Numbered from the stretch's first letter, positions 40,483 to 50,425 are shown. The stretch: DNA of 53,777 nucleotides from a bacterium (GCA_027624865.1 JAQBTT010000001.1:1-53777); one strand, 5' to 3'. Notes: generated by a model from the letters alone, not told the origin. A program made the numbers and translations.

Positions 40483-40530
40483 AAAGCGGTCGAGATGGAA
40501 TCATCACACTCTGACCGCTTTTTCTTTTTG
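40483..40530 (+). terminator. Terminator
   Basis: aaagcggtc...gaccgcttt followed by ttctttttg. Confidence 0.6.
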
Positions 40531-40614
40531 ACCAAAAGGGAAAATGAGCGTAATATAAGAGTATATATGAACCATGCGCAAAGAACCATATAACTTTCGC
40601 AAATAGCTCAAATT

Positions 40615-42084
40615 ATGGCAAGCATTGAAGAGATACGCAAAGCAAGGATAAAGAAGGCAGATCACCTAAAAAAGATAGGGGAGACTGCATATCCTGCGAG
40701 CGTGAAAAGAACCCATGAAATAATTGCTTTGCAGGAGGAGTTTGCTTCATTGGCAAAGGCAGAAAAACAAGTGACTGCCGTTGGCAGGATTCGCAGTATG
40801 AGAGAACATGGAGGCTCTACGTTTTTCCATATTGAGGACGCAACAGGGCAGATGCAAGCATATCTGAAAGAAGATGGAGTGGGAGAGAAAGCATATGGGG
40901 AATTTTTAAAAATATTTGATGTGGGGGATATTACAGAGGTTAAAGGTGTATTGTTTGAAACTAAAAGAGGCGAAAAAACAATTCAAGCAAGCGCTGTAAA
41001 GATGCTGTCAAAATCCTTGCTTCCGCTTCCTGAAAAATGGCATGGGTTGAAAGACGAAGAGGAGCGATATCGCAGGCGCTATCTTGATTTACTATTTAAC
41101 AAGGAGGTGAAGGAGAAGTTTGAAAAACGAACTATTATTGTAAAATCAATTCGTGAGTTTTTAGACAGTAAAGGGTTTATTGAAGTTGAGACACCAGTAT
41201 TGCAAAACATGTATGGAGGAGCTGATGCAAAACCCTTCACAACGCATTTAAACGCTTTTGATTTAAATATGTTCTTGCGTATTTCCTTGGAACTTCCCTT
41301 AAAGAGATTGATTGTTGGGGGATTTGAAAAGGTATATGAGATGGGAAGGGTATTTCGAAATGAAGGAGTAGATAGACAGCACAATCCAGACTTTACCGAA
41401 CTTGAATTCTATTGGGCTTATGCTGATTACAAAGACTTGATGAAGTTTATTGAGGAGTTCATCTCTTTTGTGGTGCAAAAGACTACAGGGGGAAAGGAGA
41501 TTGAGTATGAGGGAAAGAAGATTAACTTTAAGACTCCTTGGCCTCGCGTTGAGTATGGGGAGCTTTTTAGTAAGTATTTAAAGTTAGATATTGAGTTTTT
41601 GAGTCGCGATGCACTAGCAAAAGAGGCAAAGAAACTTGCAATTAGTATTGATAAAACATGGAACAAGAGTCGCGTTGTCGATGAATTATACAAGAAAGCA
41701 ATTCGTCCAAATCTATGGGAACCTCAGTTTGTTATCCATCATCCTGCACAGATGTATCCATTAGCAAAGGCTAAGGCAGATGATCCAAGTAAGGCAGAGT
41801 CCTTTCAGCTGTTGGTTGCGGGGGGATGGGAATTGGTGAAGGCGTATTCTGAGCAGAACGATCCCTTGGTGCAAAAGAAGGCGTTTGAAGAACAAGAGAG
41901 TCTATTTAAAAAGGGACTTGAAGATGCGCAACGCATGGATAGTGATTTCATTGAAGCATTGGAATATGGTATGCCTCCAACCGCTGGTATGGGTATGGGC
42001 GTGGATCGTTTGGTTGCTTTACTTACCAACTCTCATAGCTTGCGTGAAGTTATTTTATTCCCAACAATGAAGCCAAAGCAGTAA
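40615..42084 (+). CDS. lysS: Lysyl-tRNA synthetase, class II
   Basis: 489 aa with an OB-fold N-terminus, RYRRRYLDLL and the class II motifs (FRNEG, GMGMGVDRL). Confidence 0.9.
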   Translation: MASIEEIRKARIKKADHLKKIGETAYPASVKRTHEIIALQEEFASLAKAEKQVTAVGRIRSMREHGGSTFFHIEDATGQMQAYLKEDGVGEKAYGEFLKIFDVGDITEVKGVLFETKRGEKTIQASAVKMLSKSLLPLPEKWHGLKDEEERYRRRYLDLLFNKEVKEKFEKRTIIVKSIREFLDSKGFIEVETPVLQNMYGGADAKPFTTHLNAFDLNMFLRISLELPLKRLIVGGFEKVYEMGRVFRNEGVDRQHNPDFTELEFYWAYADYKDLMKFIEEFISFVVQKTTGGKEIEYEGKKINFKTPWPRVEYGELFSKYLKLDIEFLSRDALAKEAKKLAISIDKTWNKSRVVDELYKKAIRPNLWEPQFVIHHPAQMYPLAKAKADDPSKAESFQLLVAGGWELVKAYSEQNDPLVQKKAFEEQESLFKKGLEDAQRMDSDFIEALEYGMPPTAGMGMGVDRLVALLTNSHSLREVILFPTMKPKQ

Positions 42085-42113
42085 AACTTAAAGAGATTAA
42101 GGATGAAATAGGT

Positions 42114-43346
42114 ATGCTAGATTTAAAATACATAAGGGAAAATCCAGAGAAGGTGGAGGAGGGATGCAAAAAGAAAAATGTTGAGTGTGATATCAGCAAG
42201 ATTTTGGAGTTGGATAAAAAGAAACGAGAGTTTTTGCAAAAAATAGAGGAGCTTCGGGCAGAACAAAATAAGCTTGGCAAAGGTAGTATTGAGGAAGCAA
42301 CAAAGCTCAAGACAGAAGTAAAAAAATTAGAGCCGCAACTTCAAGAAGTGGAAGGGGAGCTGTATCCTTTGCTTGCTTTGCTGCCCAATATGCCGCAAGA
42401 TGATGTTCCGGTGGGAGATGAAAGCGCCAATGTAGTTTTGCGTCAACATGGAAAGATTCCAAAATTTGACTTTGAGCCAAAAGACCACCTTGAGCTTGGG
42501 GAAGCGTTAAACATTATAGACGTAAAGAGGGCAGTAAAACTTTCTGGCTCAAGGTTTGCATATATCAAACGAGAAGCAGCTTTACTAGAGTTTGCCTTGG
42601 TTCAATTTGCTTTTAAAACTGCTATGAAAGAAGGATTTATTCCTGTTGTGCCTCCGGTTCTCGTTAAGAAAGAAGCAATGCAGGGCATGGGGTATATAGA
42701 TACTAAGGAGGACCTGGCAGAGCGGTATTACTTTGAAAAAGATAAGCTCTTTTTGGTTGGAACCGCAGAGCAAGCCATAGGACCTTTGCACCAAGGAGAG
42801 GTCTTTGAGGAAAAGGAGCTTGCGAGTAGAGCCATTGCTTTTTCAACGTGTTTTCGAGAGGAAGCAGGAAGCTATGGTAAAGATACGCGAGGCATTTTGC
42901 GTGTCCATCAGTTTGATAAGGTAGAGATGTTTAGCTTTGCGCATCCTGAAAAGTCCAAAGAAGAACATCAGTTTTTAGTTTCCTTGCAAGAGAAGCTGTG
43001 GCAGGCGTTGGAAATTCCATACCAGGTGGTTCAGCTTGCAACGGGGGATATGGCACGGCCCTCTGCATCTACCATAGATATTGAGGCGTGGATGCCAGGA
43101 CAAAATAAATATCGGGAGGTGAGTTCTGCTTCAAATACCACGGATTTTCAAGCCAGAAGATTAAATATAAGGTTTAAAACAAAAGAAGGAAAACTAGAGT
43201 ATGTGCACATGTTAAATGCCACTGCCTTTGCTATTGGAAGAACCTTGATCGCAATTATGGAGAACTATCAGCAAAAAGATGGGAGCATAAAAATTCCCAA
43301 AGTACTTAAAGGGTATATAGGGAAAAAAGAAATACAAAAGCAATGA
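42114..43346 (+). CDS. serS: Seryl-tRNA synthetase
   Basis: MLDLKYIRENPE start, a coiled-coil arm, and the class II core (FREEAGS.GKDTRGI.RVHQF). Confidence 0.9.
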   Translation: MLDLKYIRENPEKVEEGCKKKNVECDISKILELDKKKREFLQKIEELRAEQNKLGKGSIEEATKLKTEVKKLEPQLQEVEGELYPLLALLPNMPQDDVPVGDESANVVLRQHGKIPKFDFEPKDHLELGEALNIIDVKRAVKLSGSRFAYIKREAALLEFALVQFAFKTAMKEGFIPVVPPVLVKKEAMQGMGYIDTKEDLAERYYFEKDKLFLVGTAEQAIGPLHQGEVFEEKELASRAIAFSTCFREEAGSYGKDTRGILRVHQFDKVEMFSFAHPEKSKEEHQFLVSLQEKLWQALEIPYQVVQLATGDMARPSASTIDIEAWMPGQNKYREVSSASNTTDFQARRLNIRFKTKEGKLEYVHMLNATAFAIGRTLIAIMENYQQKDGSIKIPKVLKGYIGKKEIQKQ

Positions 43347-44116
43347 GAGAAGAAGCTCTCAATATTCAGGGCCTTCACGTGAACTATAAAATTGCAGGAG
43401 AAGGACCTGCTCTTGTAATTCTGCACGGGTGGGGAAGTTCTTCTGCCTCATGGTCTGAGATACAAGAGAGTCTTGCAGGACAAGGATTTTTAGTCATTGT
43501 TCCGGATTTGCCAGGCTTTGGATTGAGTGCTCCTCCCGAGAGTGCGTGGGGTATAGCGGAATATACAAAGCTTGTTTTCCAGCTCACAGAGAAGGTAGGT
43601 CTTAAAAAGTTCTCTCTGGCAGGACATTCCTTTGGAGGACAGATTGCTGTGCAATTTGCAGTAGATTATCCAAAGAAGGTAGAGAAACTTATCTTGCTTG
43701 CTGCCGCAGGAGTGCGAAGGGAGCCTGGAAAGAAAGTACGAATCTTTAGTGTTATAGCAAAGATTCTTAATGTTTTTCTTTCAGTTATCCTTTTAAAGGG
43801 CGCAAGAGACTTAGTGCGAAAAATAGGTTATCGTTTAATAGGAAGGAGAGATTATTTTGTAGCAAATGCTATGATGCGAGAGGTTCTTGCCAAGGTTACC
43901 CGTGAAGACTTAACTCCTATTTTTTCAAAAGTGCAGGCCCCAACCCTTATTTTGTGGGGAGATAAAGATACAGCAACACCGATTGCAGATGCATTTTTAA
44001 TGAGGGAGCATATTAAAAACTCTTCCCTTCATGTGCTTCCCGGCATTGGTCATCGTTTGCGAGCTGAAGCTCCATGGAAACTTCTTGAGTTTATCCCACA
44101 ATTTTTAAGAAAATAA
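43343..44116 (+). CDS. Alpha/beta hydrolase
   Basis: HGWGSS and the GHSFGG nucleophile elbow, with a C-terminal GH. Confidence 0.75.
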   Translation: MREEALNIQGLHVNYKIAGEGPALVILHGWGSSSASWSEIQESLAGQGFLVIVPDLPGFGLSAPPESAWGIAEYTKLVFQLTEKVGLKKFSLAGHSFGGQIAVQFAVDYPKKVEKLILLAAAGVRREPGKKVRIFSVIAKILNVFLSVILLKGARDLVRKIGYRLIGRRDYFVANAMMREVLAKVTREDLTPIFSKVQAPTLILWGDKDTATPIADAFLMREHIKNSSLHVLPGIGHRLRAEAPWKLLEFIPQFLRK

Positions 44117-44117
44117 T

Positions 44118-45719
44118 ATGATATTTTTACTTTCATTTTTCTGGTATGCAAGAACTGCAAGGGCGCTGTTATTTGTTGTGTATCTTTGGCAATTAAAAGA
44201 GTATCACATTGGAAGATTTTCTCAATATTTTACAACCGCAAAGGGAAAGCGACTTTTACTTCATCCTTTTACTGCAGCAAAGCTTACGCTTCTTTTGTTG
44301 TGGTTCTTTGAGCCACAGATTGCCTTTGCGCTTTTAATATTTTTATACATCGGAGAAACCGTACTTTTATTTAATGCAATTTACACAAAGACATTTGTTC
44401 TCCCCGTAATAACAAGAAAGACTGTAGTGCTTATCTTCTCTGTATTTTTTGTGCAATCTATATTTTTAGCAGGTGTGTTCCTGTACTTTATCAGCTCATT
44501 ATTCTTTGCCCTGCTTTTCTTTGATGTGCTATCTTTGCTTATTGGCTCTCTGGTAGTTTTGTTATGGCAACCGTATGCAGTTTTTGAGAGGAGAGGAATT
44601 TTAAAAAAGGCAACAGAAAAGAGAAGGAAGCTGGAAAAGCTCAAGGTAGTTGGTATTACTGGAAGTTATGGGAAAACTTCAACCAAAGAGTTTTTAGCAC
44701 ATATCCTGGAAAAGAAGTTTGTTACGCTAAAAACCCCAGAGCATAAGAATTCTGAGATGGGGATTGCACATACCATCTTATACGATCTTACGGACGAACA
44801 TGAGGTATTTGTCTGTGAAATGGGAGCGTATGGCAAGGGAGGCATTACATTACTTACTGATATAGCAAAGCCAACGTATGGTATTGTAACGGGGGTGAAC
44901 GAGCAACATTTGGGTGTATTTGGATCTTCAATGAACCTATTTTCAGCTGAGGGCGGGGGAGAATTAGTGCAAGCTCTCCCGCAAGAGGGAGTTTTGATTG
45001 CAAACGATGATAGTAGGCAATTACATGAGCTTGGCCCATGGCTGCAACTTTGGAATCCAGATTTTGTAAACTATGTATGGTGTTCTACGAAAACTAGGAA
45101 AGACTTTTTTGCAAAAGATATTATTATCAAAAAAGATCAATTGAGTTTTACTATAGTAGGAAAGGATGGTGGAGAGGCCAAAGTAAACCTTCCTTTAGTT
45201 GGAGGACATAATGTGGAGAATATTTTACTAGCTGCGGCTGCGGCATGCAATCTTGGCATGAGTATGAAAGAAATAGAAGATGCACTAAAAGATATTCCTG
45301 CCAGGCTTAGCGCCATGGCAATTGTAAAAGGGAAGAAGGGTATTGAAATTTTAGATTCAAGCTATGCAGCAAATCCTACCGGAGTATTTGCTAGCCTTGA
45401 GCATCTAGGACTATGGCAAGGGAAGAAAATTGTAGTTATGCCATCGTTAATTGAGCTTGGTTTAGCTTCCCATGATGTTCATGTGAAGATAGGGCGCAAA
45501 ATTGGAGAAGTATGCGACCTTGCCATTATTACAACAGCAGATGAATTTCCTGCACTTTTGCGTGGCGCAAAGGAGAGTGGCACAAAAGAAGGGAGCGTAG
45601 TATTTTTGGAGAACGCCAAAGAGATCAGAGATAGGGTTTTTGCTTTTGCAAGGGAGGGGGATGTTGTATTGCTGGAAGGAAGAGTACCGTCCTCATTACT
45701 ATCATTATTGAAATCATGA
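44118..45719 (+). CDS. murF: UDP-MurNAc-tripeptide:D-Ala-D-Ala ligase (MurF-like) with a ~165-aa N-terminal multi-TM extension
   Basis: GITGSYGKTSTKEF P-loop, EMGAYGKGGI and GVNEQHLGVFGS. These are preceded by 4-5 hydrophobic helices. Confidence 0.75.
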   Translation: MIFLLSFFWYARTARALLFVVYLWQLKEYHIGRFSQYFTTAKGKRLLLHPFTAAKLTLLLLWFFEPQIAFALLIFLYIGETVLLFNAIYTKTFVLPVITRKTVVLIFSVFFVQSIFLAGVFLYFISSLFFALLFFDVLSLLIGSLVVLLWQPYAVFERRGILKKATEKRRKLEKLKVVGITGSYGKTSTKEFLAHILEKKFVTLKTPEHKNSEMGIAHTILYDLTDEHEVFVCEMGAYGKGGITLLTDIAKPTYGIVTGVNEQHLGVFGSSMNLFSAEGGGELVQALPQEGVLIANDDSRQLHELGPWLQLWNPDFVNYVWCSTKTRKDFFAKDIIIKKDQLSFTIVGKDGGEAKVNLPLVGGHNVENILLAAAAACNLGMSMKEIEDALKDIPARLSAMAIVKGKKGIEILDSSYAANPTGVFASLEHLGLWQGKKIVVMPSLIELGLASHDVHVKIGRKIGEVCDLAIITTADEFPALLRGAKESGTKEGSVVFLENAKEIRDRVFAFAREGDVVLLEGRVPSSLLSLLKS

Positions 45720-47002
45720 TACGACCAATTTCTATCTCACTTTCTCCCAACACAGAGTCAGATGATGTCTTTGCGGCTTTGCGTTTGTACGTGCAACCTT
45801 GGCGCTGGAGAAGGGGAGAGCATATAGAGAAATTTGAAGAAGAGTTTAAAGAATACATGGGAGTTCCCCATGCAATCTCTTTTAATAGTGGAAGGTCTGC
45901 TTTTCTTGCGCTTTTAAAGTCCCTTGATTTACATAAGGATGATGAAGTTTTAATTCAGGCATTTACCTGTAATGCGGTGAGTAATCCTGTGTTGTGGGCT
46001 GGGCTTACGCCTGTATACGTGGATTGCCAAGAGGACTATAACATGTCTGCTGGAGACCTTGAGCGAAAGATTACTCCACGCTCTCGGGTTGTTGTGGTGC
46101 AACATACCTTTGGCTTGCCAGCAGACATGGATAAGATCATGGAGGTTTGCCAAAGACACAACCTTGTTTTGTTGGAAGACTGCGCCCATGCCTTGGGAGC
46201 AACTTATAAAGGAAAGAAGGTTGGAACTTTTGGGAAGGCGGCTTTTTTCAGCTTTTCTCGAGATAAAGTTATTTCCTCGGTGTATGGGGGTATGGCAACT
46301 ACCAATGATGAGGTATTAGCTGGCAAGCTCCGGGAGTTTCAAAGGGAAGCTGGCTACCCCTCTTACCTTTGGATAAAGCAGCAGGTTTTGCATCCATGGC
46401 TTATGAACTTGCTTATTCTTCCTACCTACCGCGTCTTTGGCAGATATCTTTTAGTTGCGGCTCAATGGATTCATATGCTTTCCAAAGCAGTTCACAAAAA
46501 AGAAAAAAGGGGTCAGAAACCCAGATACTTTCCCAAGGCTCTTCCTAATGTTTTGGCGATTTTAGCAAGCCGCCAATTTAAAAAATTAGAACGTTTTAAC
46601 TCCCACCGCAGGCATATTGCCGCCCTATATGAAAAAGCATTGCCTGGTTTGGGCGAAAACGGTTTTAGCCCAAGCCCAGCCTCTTTTTCTGTTGTAAGAT
46701 CAGAAAGAGAATCTGTTTATCTTAGATTTGTCCTGCGTCATCCTCGTGCTCACGAGATTATCCGCAAGGCGTGGAGAGCAAATATCCTACTGGGGGATTG
46801 GTACACAACCGTAGTAGCTCCACATGATACAGAGATTGATAAGATGGGATATGAATGGGGGAGTTGCCCCAAGGCAGAGGAGCTCTCGCGCATCACGCTT
46901 AATCTTCCTACGCATATTCGTATTTCAGAAAAGGAAGTAAACACCATCATTGTTTTTCTAAAAAATCAAGATCCTAAGCTAAGCTTAGGTGTGGATAACT
47001 AA
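45716..47002 (+). CDS. DegT/DnrJ/EryC1/StrS-family PLP-dependent aminotransferase
   Basis: FTCNAV..VDC, QHTFG..D and FSFSRDKVISS (PLP-Lys motif). Confidence 0.75.
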   Translation: MIRPISISLSPNTESDDVFAALRLYVQPWRWRRGEHIEKFEEEFKEYMGVPHAISFNSGRSAFLALLKSLDLHKDDEVLIQAFTCNAVSNPVLWAGLTPVYVDCQEDYNMSAGDLERKITPRSRVVVVQHTFGLPADMDKIMEVCQRHNLVLLEDCAHALGATYKGKKVGTFGKAAFFSFSRDKVISSVYGGMATTNDEVLAGKLREFQREAGYPSYLWIKQQVLHPWLMNLLILPTYRVFGRYLLVAAQWIHMLSKAVHKKEKRGQKPRYFPKALPNVLAILASRQFKKLERFNSHRRHIAALYEKALPGLGENGFSPSPASFSVVRSERESVYLRFVLRHPRAHEIIRKAWRANILLGDWYTTVVAPHDTEIDKMGYEWGSCPKAEELSRITLNLPTHIRISEKEVNTIIVFLKNQDPKLSLGVDN

Positions 47003-47014
47003 GCTTAGCTTAGG
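46973..47014. repeat. Second copy of the cctaagctaagcttag palindrome arm pair (16-bp arms, 10-nt loop)
   Basis: cctaagctaagcttag / ctaagcttagcttagg are the same arms as in 15872-15919. The hairpin contains the DegT stop codon. Confidence 0.85.
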
Positions 47015-47019
47015 CAGAC

Positions 47020-48078
47020 ATGGAGATTAAAGAGATTACAGTAAAAGAAGAATGGGAAGGGTTTTTAAAGGAAACTGAAGATAAGACTTTTTTGCATTCT
47101 TGGCAATGGGGGGAGTTTCAGCAGGTAATGCGAGAGGAGATATGGCGCCTTGGAATATATGATGGGGTAAACTTGCAAGCTGTCTGTCTTGTGGTAAAGG
47201 TTGCTGCAAAAAGAGGAACTTTTCTTTTAGTGCCTCATGGACCAGTTGTGAAAAATCACAAATCACACATCACAAATCACAAACAAATTCAAAATTCTAA
47301 ATTTGAAATTCTAAACACCCTGCTTAAGAAACTAAAGGATATTGCAAAAGAGGATGGAGTGAGTTTTATTCGGATAAATCCTATCTGGGAAAGAAGTAAT
47401 GAGAACATGGCAATTTTTCAGCGACTCGGTTTCCGCAACGCTCCCGCGCAGATGCATCCTGAGGCTTCCTGGAAGTTAAGTCTGATAGCTTCAGAGGAGC
47501 AGCTTTTTTCTGGGATGCGAAAAACTACACGCTATTTATTGCGGCAAGCATTACACAACGAAGATATTATGGTGGAGCAGTCAACGAGTTTTGCTGATAT
47601 TGCAACTTTTCGCGCGATGCATGAGCAAGTATCTTTGCGCCAGACCTTTGTCCCTTTTTCGCGCGAGTACTTGGAAAATGAGTTTCAATCCTTTGTAAAA
47701 GATGATGGGGTGGTGTTGTTTTTTGGAAAGTATAAAGGGGAAATTGCTGCCGCAAGTTTTGTGGTATTTTGGTCTGGCATTGGATTTTATCATCATGCAG
47801 TCTCGCTCCCTCAGTTCTCAAAGCTTTCCATCCCATATCTTCTGCAATGGGAAGCGTTGAAAGAAGCAAAGAAGAGAGGGTGCACGCTCTATGACTTCTG
47901 GGGATACGTTGACCCAAAAACGCAGCCAAAGCACCCTTGGGCAGGGCCTACACTTTTTAAGCAGGGGTTTGGAGGAGAAGCAAAGCTCTACGTTAAAACT
48001 CAAGACTATCCTTTGAGCAAAAAATACTGGCTTACTGCGCTTTTTGAAACGATAAGAAGAATAAGGAGGCATTTGTAA
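47020..48078 (+). CDS. FemAB-family peptidoglycan peptide-bridge transferase
   Basis: FLHSWQWGEFQ, FIRINP and YDFWG motifs of the FemABX family. Confidence 0.75.
   Translation: MEIKEITVKEEWEGFLKETEDKTFLHSWQWGEFQQVMREEIWRLGIYDGVNLQAVCLVVKVAAKRGTFLLVPHGPVVKNHKSHITNHKQIQNSKFEILNTLLKKLKDIAKEDGVSFIRINPIWERSNENMAIFQRLGFRNAPAQMHPEASWKLSLIASEEQLFSGMRKTTRYLLRQALHNEDIMVEQSTSFADIATFRAMHEQVSLRQTFVPFSREYLENEFQSFVKDDGVVLFFGKYKGEIAAASFVVFWSGIGFYHHAVSLPQFSKLSIPYLLQWEALKEAKKRGCTLYDFWGYVDPKTQPKHPWAGPTLFKQGFGGEAKLYVKTQDYPLSKKYWLTALFETIRRIRRHL
47251..47316 (+). repeat. In-frame 66-nt stuttered-word tract inside the Fem-like CDS
   Basis: aaaaatcacaaatcacacatcacaaatcacaaac + aaattcaaaattctaaatttgaaattctaaac encodes KNHKSHITNHKQIQNSKFEILN. 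Confidence 0.8.
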
Positions 48079-48887
48079 TGAGGAAACCTCTGCGTTTTAG
48101 GACAAAAAAAAAGAGAGTCTCATTTTTAAGGAGACGATTCTTTTGGTATGTGGTAGGTGCTGCTTCCTTCTCCGCCCTCCTTTTTTATATCATACTGTTT
48201 TCTTCCTTCCTGAAGGTTCAAAGTGTAGAGATTCAAGGAGCGCGTGAGATTGCGCCAGAACATATTCTTTCTACTGTCCAGGATAATCTTTGGCAAAGCT
48301 TTTTTAGCATACCTCAAAATAGTATTTTACTTCTTAATACAAAGAGCTTGGAGGAGAAGCTCTCTTTTCTCTTTCCTAGCATTCGGAGCGTTTCATTAAA
48401 ACGTTCTTTTCCTGAGACCCTAGTGGTTACAGTAGAGGAACGAGAACAGATTGGAACTTGGTGTCCGTCTGGCGATATAGATGAGGATATCTGTTTTGCT
48501 ATAGATAAAGAGGGAGTTCCTTTCAAAGAAGTAAGCAATGTGAGTGACTATGTAGTATTTAGCTCACAAGGAGAACTAACGCTGGGCACACAGCTGTTGG
48601 ATCCTTCTTTGCTTTTAACACTCTTAAACTTTAGGGAAGGATTTTTGGAGTCAGGGAAATTTTTTCAACTCTTCATTGCAGCATTTTTGCTAGGAGAGAA
48701 TGGAGAAGTACAGGGAGCTACTAAAGAGGGGTGGAGAATATTACTAGATTTAAAAGAGAATATGGAATGGCAACAAACAAAGCTGCAGACTGTCATAGAG
48801 CAAAAAATCCCCCTTGAAAGAAGAGGGGATCTTGAGTACATTGATATTCGCTTTGGAGATCAGGCGTATATTAAGTACTCTGACTAA
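48078..48887 (+). CDS. ftsQ: Cell-division protein FtsQ/DivIB (POTRA)
   Basis: N-terminal TM helix, then VQSVEIQGAREI....I (POTRA) and an FtsQ-type C-terminal domain. Confidence 0.7.
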   Translation: MRKPLRFRTKKKRVSFLRRRFFWYVVGAASFSALLFYIILFSSFLKVQSVEIQGAREIAPEHILSTVQDNLWQSFFSIPQNSILLLNTKSLEEKLSFLFPSIRSVSLKRSFPETLVVTVEEREQIGTWCPSGDIDEDICFAIDKEGVPFKEVSNVSDYVVFSSQGELTLGTQLLDPSLLLTLLNFREGFLESGKFFQLFIAAFLLGENGEVQGATKEGWRILLDLKENMEWQQTKLQTVIEQKIPLERRGDLEYIDIRFGDQAYIKYSD

Positions 48888-49798
48888 AGCCACCTCTTTT
48901 TCTTAAATAGGGCAATCATAAGTAGAGTACCTGCCGCCATAATAGCAGCGATAATCCAGAAATCTCCAGGGAGTCCCACGAGAGGCAGAATTTTGGTGTT
49001 CATACCAAAGATGGAGGAGATTAAGGTAAGAGGGAAGACGATGACTGCAAAGATAGTAAGGAGTTTTACGATTTCATTGGTTTTATCTGTTAAAAGAGCG
49101 TTGTTAGTTTGGTCCAGAGACTGTATTGTTTCCTTTGCAATGATGAGCGTACTCATCACTCGCGCCCAGTGGTTGTAAAGATGCGAGAAATAGTGAACGG
49201 TTTCTTCTCCAAAGAATTCAGAAGAAATATCTTTGAGTGAATTGAATGTTCCTTTTTGTGGACGCACAATACGCCAGAAGTTGATGATGTCGGCTTTTGC
49301 AAGAGAGATCTCCTGTAGCATATCTCGCTCTTTTCCTTGGAAGATAGATTCTTCAATAAGAGTGAGTTTTTTTTCTACGTTTAACACTTTGGCGCCTTGA
49401 TCCTCCCATATTTCATGGAGTATATGGTACAAAAGAAAGCCTGTTCCTTTATCCATGTGTTCTTCTCTTTTTTCCTCATACAGCATGCACGCATCAAAGA
49501 TAGCTTTTATGGGGAGAATGGAATTATAGTGACTGGTTACAAGAAAGTCTTTTCCTACAATAATATCAAGTTCACGGGGTCTTGTTGCCTTGCGTTCCTT
49601 GCTGTAGTTTGGCACAAATAAAACTAAAAAGAGGTGCGTTGTGAAATGTTCTACCTTGGTTGTCCAGGAAGGAGGAATAAGTTGTTCTGATGCTATGGGG
49701 TGGAGAGCAAAGTTTTTACCAAGATACTCTACATCTTCCTTTGTAGGGTTTTGAACATCTACCCAGGTTACTCCTTTATGTTCAATGATATTTCGCAT
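48884..49798 (-). CDS. corA: Magnesium/cobalt transporter CorA
   Basis: GMNTK (GMN motif) before two C-terminal TM helices. The start was trimmed from 49912 to the ATG at 49798 (MRNIIEHKGVTWVDV). Confidence 0.85.
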   Translation of the reverse strand: MRNIIEHKGVTWVDVQNPTKEDVEYLGKNFALHPIASEQLIPPSWTTKVEHFTTHLFLVLFVPNYSKERKATRPRELDIIVGKDFLVTSHYNSILPIKAIFDACMLYEEKREEHMDKGTGFLLYHILHEIWEDQGAKVLNVEKKLTLIEESIFQGKERDMLQEISLAKADIINFWRIVRPQKGTFNSLKDISSEFFGEETVHYFSHLYNHWARVMSTLIIAKETIQSLDQTNNALLTDKTNEIVKLLTIFAVIVFPLTLISSIFGMNTKILPLVGLPGDFWIIAAIMAAGTLLMIALFKKKRWL

Positions 49799-49862
49799 TA
49801 CGATATTGTAACAGATTGAGGAACAATAGAATAGGAAGCTATCCACAGTGACCTGGCACGTC

Positions 49863-49891
49863 TTGACCAACAGGTTTTTTTTGTGTATAAT
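49863..49891 (+). promoter_or_regulatory. Consensus-like promoter of grpE-dnaK-dnaJ
   Basis: TTGACC (49863-49868), 17-nt spacer, TATAAT (49886-49891). Confidence 0.65.
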
Positions 49892-49921
49892 AGTGAGGTA
49901 AATAATGTGCATTTGAATGTG

Positions 49922-50425
49922 ATGGAAGATAAAAAAGCAATAGAAAAATTATCTCCCTCTGGGAGATTTCCCGAAGGGAGACAAAAACAGATAGAACAGC
50001 TCACAAAAGAAAAGGAGGAGTTTTTGGCAGGATGGCAACGAGCAAAGGCGGACCTTGCAAACTATAAAAAGGAAGAAAAAGAGAGAACTCAGGGGCTTGC
50101 AGAGTATATCAAGCAAGGCTTCCTTTCTTCTTTTCTCTCCATGGTAGATAACTTAGAGAGAGCAGAAGGAGAGCTGAAAGAAGAAGAAAAAGAAAGTAAG
50201 GTAGTTGAAGGATTCTTGTTGATTGGAAAACAATTACGCGAATTCTTAAAGAGTCAGGGGGTTGAAGAGATTGAAGCAAAAGAAAAAGACTTTGATCCAC
50301 AGTTGCATGAAGCAGTGGCTACTATTGAAGGAGAACAGTCAGGGAAAGTGGTAGAGGTACTGGAAAAAGGATATGTGGTGGGTGGTAAATTACTAAGAGC
50401 AGCTAAGGTAAAGGTCACTCGGTAG
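49922..50425 (+). CDS. grpE: Nucleotide exchange factor GrpE
   Basis: A.YKKEEKER coiled coil, and the MVDNLERA and H.AV..IE..... motifs. ATG 49922 is the preferred start. Confidence 0.85.
   Translation: MEDKKAIEKLSPSGRFPEGRQKQIEQLTKEKEEFLAGWQRAKADLANYKKEEKERTQGLAEYIKQGFLSSFLSMVDNLERAEGELKEEEKESKVVEGFLLIGKQLREFLKSQGVEEIEAKEKDFDPQLHEAVATIEGEQSGKVVEVLEKGYVVGGKLLRAAKVKVTR

Noticed and set aside
49800-49921. A CIRCE/HrcA operator upstream of grpE.
   Set aside because: No TTAGCACTC-N9-GAGTGCTAA-like inverted repeat is present. Only a consensus sigma70-type promoter is seen.
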